This document shows positions 58,779-64,000 of a DNA stretch of 64,000 nt, piece by piece. The stretch covers positions 64,001-128,000 of IMG/VR virus record IMGVR_UViG_642791616_000001. The stretch is one strand, 5' to 3'. Under the pieces are notes generated by a model. It made no database searches. It saw only the letters and a program-made list of their open reading frames with translations, and was not told the origin of the DNA. Position numbers and translations under genes: made by a program. Origin of the DNA: a virus. Its lineage: Duplodnaviria; Caudoviricetes. Position 1 is the first letter of the stretch. Every line of letters starts with the position of its first letter.

Positions 58779-59410
58779 TGCCCCGGCTGCTTAATATTTC
58801 GTTTGCTACGTTTAATCATCGCTAATTTATTGGCATTCCAAATACGCCGCCATTTTGTACTGTCGCCATAAAACCTGCCTGAAATGGCCCATAGCGTATC
58901 CCCTTTTTTGACGGTGTACATTTTTGGCGGTGTTTTTGAAGGCCTTTTCTTTTTCGTTTGTTTTGCTTTTTTCTTTCGTTTAATTTTCCTAGGCGATGCG
59001 GTTTTGTATTCCTTTAACTCGATCGTAAATTCACGATCGCCAATATCATATGATCCTTCTTTATGGGTGAAGCTTTCAATGCTGCACGTCATGTTGATTT
59101 TTGTCCCCGTTACAATCAGCCGCACAGACTTCTTTGAACGCATCATTCGTTCTATTTTCGCTATCGCATTCTCCGGTGATGGAATGCTTTTATATTCAGC
59201 AATTGGCGAATATTTCTTAGGAAATAAAGAAGTGAATGATACTTGCTTAGCCGATGGGACATCAATAAAGGTCAGTTCTCCAAAAGAGGCAACCTTTACC
59301 GTTTCATTTTGTACGTTATTTGTGATTTCAAGTTCGGATGGAAGGACAGGGAATCGCAACTTGTCCTTTCCTTGGGAAATCCACAATTGATACACTGATT
59401 TACCCATCAA
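58739..59410 (-). CDS. xkdP: LysM tail protein
   Basis: [13 protein letters not shown]...[10 protein letters not shown]. Confidence 0.92.
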   Translation of the reverse strand: MMGKSVYQLWISQGKDKLRFPVLPSELEITNNVQNETVKVASFGELTFIDVPSAKQVSFTSLFPKKYSPIAEYKSIPSPENAIAKIERMMRSKKSVRLIVTGTKINMTCSIESFTHKEGSYDIGDREFTIELKEYKTASPRKIKRKKKAKQTKKKRPSKTPPKMYTVKKGDTLWAISGRFYGDSTKWRRIWNANKLAMIKRSKRNIKQPGHWIFPGQRLKIPQ

Positions 59411-62400
59411 TCACGACCCCCTTCGTTCCTGTATGAAGCTCTACTTCCAGTTCATCTACGAGCATTTGTCTAATTTTTTCGACTAGCGATTGCTGATCTT
59501 GTCCATTATGGAAATGCTGATCCCCATTGAATTGAATGGTGATTTGCTTATTACTTGACGATGCTGTACGACTAGAAGACTGAGCTGAGGTGACTTGCTG
59601 CATTTGTGATTCTGGTAAAGGAGCAGACGCATTTGCTGGATCATATACTTGCATTCCAAGTGCCTTGGCTGCCTGCGTTAATAAATACCTTCCGCGTATG
59701 CCTCTTTCTTCAGGAATGATCCATTCGCGTTTGTTTCCTTCACCGACTCTAGCAACCTGCTCCTGAGTAATCAGTCCACCATTTGCGTAGCCTTTATAAG
59801 GCCCGCCTCTTCTCATACTTCGTAATCCCGGTGTATTGAAGACTGTTCCATATCTGCCCTTAATGTAGTTAATGGCTGCTACGGCATTATGAATTGGGTT
59901 CCAAATGTCATTCATGCCTTTGCCTTTATTGGAGTTAAACGTCGTTCCAATGGTTTGCATTAAGCCTTTAGAAGGCGTTCCCTTCTTGGCGTTAGAATCC
60001 CATAAGTTGATTGCTCTCGGATTTCCATTCGATTCATGCTGCGCAATGGTCATAAGTCCTGGAAGCCAGTTCATCGATGTGCCAGTTGCCATGAGAGCTG
60101 CCATGAGCCATTGCTGAACACTAAGACCTGAAGCCCCCATACCGCTGAAGGCACCGATTAATGAACCAGCCTGATTTTCAGCAAACTTTTTCACATCAAC
60201 TGAGTCGAGTCCTTTGACGACACCGATCGATGCGAATTTCCCAAGACTCATCATGACGCGTGAAGGGGAATGAATATCTAATTCCTCTCTAAACGCCTGC
60301 TCTACTTTCTTCGCCATTTCTTTGGCGGCTTGTGTGACTTCACTTGCTTTTGAACGCATGCCACTGTTAAAGGCATCCATCATTCCTGAGCCCCAGCCTG
60401 GTGATTCTTGTTTTGCTTGTAGAAATGGTTGTTTGATGTGCTGATCTACGTATTGGCTAGTACCAACTGAAGTGGCATTTTGACCTGTGGCAAAACCACT
60501 AACCGTTCCAGAACCCCAAGTTGGCGATGCTGTCATCACTTGTTGATATGGTGCTTTTACACGACTTTGCAAAAAGCTATCTGTTCCTGTTGGTGTCATC
60601 TGCTGACCATTCGCAAAAGCAGCAACTGTTTGCTGACCATACTTATTTGAGTCTGAGGTCAATTGACCAAAAGGCTGCTGAATATTCTTTTGCTTCCATT
60701 GATCAAGTGTAATCATTTTTTGATTTAATCCTTGTTCAAAATCCTTATTAAATTGCTCGCCTATGCTGGAGGCTTGAATGTTCCCAGTCATCGAGACCGA
60801 TCCGTCTATTGAACCGACAGAAGATGATGAAGCTACTGCTGTAGGAGCTGGAGAGCTTGATACTTGATTTCCAGCTGCTCCGCTTGGCATAACAGACATC
60901 CCAAGATGAGAAGCAGCCTGAGCAAGCAGCATCTTCCCGCGCCCTCGGTTATTTTGAGTTGGAATGACAAATTCGTTACCTGCTTCACCGACCCATGATA
61001 AGGTTGGCTGGGTGATATAGCCGCCTGTGGCTTTTTTATCAGGGTCTCCAAAGACATGTTTCAATACAAAATCAACCCCACCGCCAGCCTTATTAAACAA
61101 ATCTTTGACCCACCCAAACGCTTTAGAAAACCCATCACCAATAGCTTCTGCTACTTTTACAATCGGCTTTTGAATGTTGTCCTCAAACCATTTGGATAAT
61201 CCATCCCATATATCTGTCACCACTTTATACGCTTCTTCGAACTTTTTCCCGAAACTGTCTTTAATGGTTCCTACGGTATCTACAAGTGGATTCCACACAT
61301 TTTCCATAAACCATGACGATACAGCTCCAAAGATTGATTGTATCTTTTTCCATGCATTTGATAATGCTGTCCAAATCCCTGTAGCGACTGTAACAACTGT
61401 ACTGCTCAGTGGTGTCCAAACGTTTTCAATAAACCAACCCGCTACTGCACTGAACGTTTCTTGTATCCATGTCCATGCATTGACTAAACTTGACCAGATG
61501 GTCGTTGCTACCGTAACGACTGTGTCGCTGAGCGGTGTCCAAACGTTTTCGATAAACCAGCCCGCTACTGCACTGAACGTTTCTTGTATCCATGTCCATG
61601 CATTGACTAGACTTGACCAGATGGTTGTTGCTACCGTAACGACTGTATCACTTAGTGGCGTCCATACGTTTTCGATAAACCAGCCTGCAACTGCACTAAA
61701 TGTTTCTTGAATCCATGTCCAGGCATTGACTAGATTTGTCCAAATGGTCGTTGCTACTGTAGCGACTGTATCACTTAGTGGCGTCCATACATTTTCTGTG
61801 AACCAAGCCGCGACTGTTGACCAAACTTCGACAATTTGATTTTTGATTTCGATGGCTTTTTGGCCAATCTTTTCAAATCCGCCGCCATCAAACCATTTTC
61901 CAATTGTTTCACCGATAGATTCTCCGCCCATACTTCCAGCAATGCCGCCTACTAGACCGCCGATGGCTGTACCTACCCCTGGGACTAAGCTTCCAATAGC
62001 TGCACCTGCTGCAGCACCTGCCATTCCGCCGGCGATGCCGCCTCCAGTCGTACCAATCTTTTCACCAGCATTCTCTTTGTTCATACCAATTAGATTTGTT
62101 GCACTAAGTACACTTCCTAGAATAGGTACTTTCTTTAATAATTTTCCGCTCCCTTTACCTATACTTTTCATTGCATTCCCTAATCCACTTAACCCCTTGC
62201 TACCTTTCACTAAACCCGTAAGTCCGCCAGCTGAAGCTGCGATACCCGCACCTTTCTTTAGTCCAGTAGGGATTTTTCCAAATAATTTACCTGCATTTGT
62301 TTTCAGTTTCCCTAATCTACTTGGAGGTCTTCTATTCATTTCGGCCCTTGATGTAGCATTTGGATTTCTTGTCTGTCTTGGTGAGCGACCATTTCGATTT

Positions 62401-63515
62401 TTAGTTTTAGTAGATCCTCCCCTGCTTAAACCTCTTGCACAGCAGGGGCAACAACTATTGCGAAACAAGCCTTTTCCACCTCGCGACTGAGGTTTCGTTT
62501 TGGGAGCTGGATTTGATGGTGTTGATGTTGGTGTTGATGTTGGTGCTGTTGTTGGCGCTGTTGTTGGTGCCTGAGTGGTACTTTCACTTGATTGATCACT
62601 TGCACCTAAGAGTCGATCTAATCCAGCCTTCACCAATTGATCTAGTTTTTCTTCAGGATTAAATTTAATTTTCTCTTTAATTCTTCCGATCACATCTTGC
62701 TTGTACTCTTCTATTTTATTTTCAACCCAAGGAAGTGCCTTTTCATCCCAAAACTTTCTAGGACTCAATTTTTCCTTCACTTTATCTGCAACGTCACCTG
62801 CATATTTTTGAATTTCACTTAATCCCTTATTGGCAAGGTTCTGGAGCCAGCTCTGTTTAGGATCTTCTGTTTTCACTGACGGACTAACAGCCTCAGGTTC
62901 TTTTTTTATGTTTTGTTCTTTCACAACCGACTCTGCTTGATCTCGTTTTTTCAACTTACTCTTTGCATTGTCTTGAACAGACACTCTGATTTCGTGTTTA
63001 GACATCGTCAAGCTTTTGAGCGTCTTTTTGATTCGTTGAATTGCAGCGGTGGCTTGGTCAACCATGTTTAATCTCATATAGTACGTTCTGTTCATGAGCT
63101 GAAAGATAGATTTTTTGATTGATGACATTTTACCTGACAATTGATCGTTTAGTTTAAACGTCAGCATAATGGGGCTTGTTCCCGCTTGCTTTAAACGATT
63201 TATGCTGGATTTAATGACATCTAATCCCTTCGCTTGAATGGATATGACCAAGTGATTCGGGAACATATTTAACTGATTGTTTAATGCTTTAAGATCACGA
63301 TAGATTCCTTGATCCAGTCTCATGGAAATCACTGACATTTTCCGAAGCGATAAACTAAAGTTTCTTAATTTCTTGTCATCTATATCCAGGTTTATTTTCA
63401 CCGGTTTTCTAAATGGTTTGAGCTGCTTCTCAAATGTTTGAAATCGTTTTTGTATGCGCAGCAGCTTCTTCGATACTTTGTCTTCTAATTCAAATCGCGC
63501 AGTGAGTTTCGCCAA
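59400..63515 (-). CDS. xkdO: Tape measure protein with SLT lytic transglycosylase domain
   Basis: [12 protein letters not shown] start; [24 protein letters not shown]. Confidence 0.9.
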   Translation of the reverse strand: MAKLTARFELEDKVSKKLLRIQKRFQTFEKQLKPFRKPVKINLDIDDKKLRNFSLSLRKMSVISMRLDQGIYRDLKALNNQLNMFPNHLVISIQAKGLDVIKSSINRLKQAGTSPIMLTFKLNDQLSGKMSSIKKSIFQLMNRTYYMRLNMVDQATAAIQRIKKTLKSLTMSKHEIRVSVQDNAKSKLKKRDQAESVVKEQNIKKEPEAVSPSVKTEDPKQSWLQNLANKGLSEIQKYAGDVADKVKEKLSPRKFWDEKALPWVENKIEEYKQDVIGRIKEKIKFNPEEKLDQLVKAGLDRLLGASDQSSESTTQAPTTAPTTAPTSTPTSTPSNPAPKTKPQSRGGKGLFRNSCCPCCARGLSRGGSTKTKNRNGRSPRQTRNPNATSRAEMNRRPPSRLGKLKTNAGKLFGKIPTGLKKGAGIAASAGGLTGLVKGSKGLSGLGNAMKSIGKGSGKLLKKVPILGSVLSATNLIGMNKENAGEKIGTTGGGIAGGMAGAAAGAAIGSLVPGVGTAIGGLVGGIAGSMGGESIGETIGKWFDGGGFEKIGQKAIEIKNQIVEVWSTVAAWFTENVWTPLSDTVATVATTIWTNLVNAWTWIQETFSAVAGWFIENVWTPLSDTVVTVATTIWSSLVNAWTWIQETFSAVAGWFIENVWTPLSDTVVTVATTIWSSLVNAWTWIQETFSAVAGWFIENVWTPLSSTVVTVATGIWTALSNAWKKIQSIFGAVSSWFMENVWNPLVDTVGTIKDSFGKKFEEAYKVVTDIWDGLSKWFEDNIQKPIVKVAEAIGDGFSKAFGWVKDLFNKAGGGVDFVLKHVFGDPDKKATGGYITQPTLSWVGEAGNEFVIPTQNNRGRGKMLLAQAASHLGMSVMPSGAAGNQVSSSPAPTAVASSSSVGSIDGSVSMTGNIQASSIGEQFNKDFEQGLNQKMITLDQWKQKNIQQPFGQLTSDSNKYGQQTVAAFANGQQMTPTGTDSFLQSRVKAPYQQVMTASPTWGSGTVSGFATGQNATSVGTSQYVDQHIKQPFLQAKQESPGWGSGMMDAFNSGMRSKASEVTQAAKEMAKKVEQAFREELDIHSPSRVMMSLGKFASIGVVKGLDSVDVKKFAENQAGSLIGAFSGMGASGLSVQQWLMAALMATGTSMNWLPGLMTIAQHESNGNPRAINLWDSNAKKGTPSKGLMQTIGTTFNSNKGKGMNDIWNPIHNAVAAINYIKGRYGTVFNTPGLRSMRRGGPYKGYANGGLITQEQVARVGEGNKREWIIPEERGIRGRYLLTQAAKALGMQVYDPANASAPLPESQMQQVTSAQSSSRTASSSNKQITIQFNGDQHFHNGQDQQSLVEKIRQMLVDELEVELHTGTKGVVIDG
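61360..61810 (-). repeat. 120-bp (40-aa) tandem repeats in tape measure gene
   Basis: [37 protein letters not shown], about 4 copies. Confidence 0.9.
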
Positions 63516-63653
63516 TTATTTCCCTCCTTTCTTTGCTTCTTTTTCTAGCATGTCGAGTTTGTAGCTGATGAGTCCAAATAGGAGTGCTTTGAATGGTCTT
63601 GGTGATTCGTATAAATCAAGGAGTTCAGATGGGGAGTAGTGAAGCTCGTGCAT
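63516..63653 (-). CDS. XkzB-like frameshift extension of tail chaperone
   Basis: MHELHYSPSELLDLYE...; A AAA AAC slippery site just before the xkdN stop at 63695. Confidence 0.65.
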   Translation of the reverse strand: MHELHYSPSELLDLYESPRPFKALLFGLISYKLDMLEKEAKKGGK

Positions 63654-63694
63654 GGCGTAATATAAAAACACAGCTTCTTTATCCCCATCTTTTA

Positions 63695-64000
63695 TTAGTT
63701 TTTTGCTGCGTCTTCTAAATCTTCAATTTCGTCTTCGAATCCGTTGATTTCAATGGCTTTGTTTAACCAGTTCGCATATTCTCCGCCTACTGACAGGACA
63801 CGTTTTGCTACTTCAACTGGATCTTGTGTACTGTAGGCTTCTCTTAATTCTTTTGAGCGGAAATCTGGATAAACCGTCGATTCAATGGCAATTCGTGCGT
63901 AGAAGCGCTGACTGTCTAAGTCCTTAACGCGGCCTCTGCCTTTGACATTTTTGAAGGTTGTGTTTTCTTTTTCCAGTTCATCGATACGTTCAGTTGTAAT
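63695..64000 (-). CDS. xkdN: Tail assembly chaperone (partial)
   Basis: RFYARIAIESTVYPDFRSKELREAY...DP..VAKRVL..GGEY. Confidence 0.82.
   Translation of the reverse strand: MTTERIDELEKENTTFKNVKGRGRVKDLDSQRFYARIAIESTVYPDFRSKELREAYSTQDPVEVAKRVLSVGGEYANWLNKAIEINGFEDEIEDLEDAAKN

Larger units (their letters stand above)
50151..64000 (-). mobile_element. PBSX-like defective prophage (tail, baseplate and lysis modules)
   Basis: xkdN-O-P-Q-R-S-T-U, fibres, xkdW/X, holins, amidase in PBSX order. Confidence 0.92.

Noticed and set aside
61174-62490. Long + strand ORFs (178 and 215 aa)
   Set aside because: Antisense shadows of the repetitive xkdO gene, like most other + strand ORFs overlapping - strand genes

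Overview
This is a Bacillus chromosomal window, most likely B. pumilus/safensis/altitudinis group judging by the PBSX gene style. It contains two adjacent phage-derived elements. (1) 1-49793 is the right part of a large temperate tailed-phage prophage, mostly on the - strand. It ends in the duplicated 3' half of a tRNA-Ala(GGC) (att core), flanked by integrase arm-type repeats. It carries head/tail genes, terminase, a small stand-alone tyrosine recombinase, a ~1.2-kb non-coding region, a YonT-like toxin module and three orphan DNA methyltransferase genes. It also carries a nucleotide-metabolism cluster (dNMP kinase, thyX, dut, nrdI/E/F, with a GIY-YIG group I intron in nrdE and two free-standing HNH-type genes), a full replisome (PolA, DnaB, primase, loader, SSB-like) and an arbitrium locus (aimR plus an unannotated aimP ending ...SAIKVGG). 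The most notable observation is that the aimX position holds a sigma-factor-like gene. A conserved bipartite motif (TGTCCCG-N18-CGACTGTA) precedes this gene and two other phage operons, suggesting an arbitrium-to-phage-sigma cascade. (2) 50151-64000 is the tail, baseplate and lysis end of a PBSX-like defective prophage (xkdN-xkdX, holins, amidase) with three tandem tail-fibre cassettes, one internally deleted. All assignments come from reading the sequence; no database searches were run.
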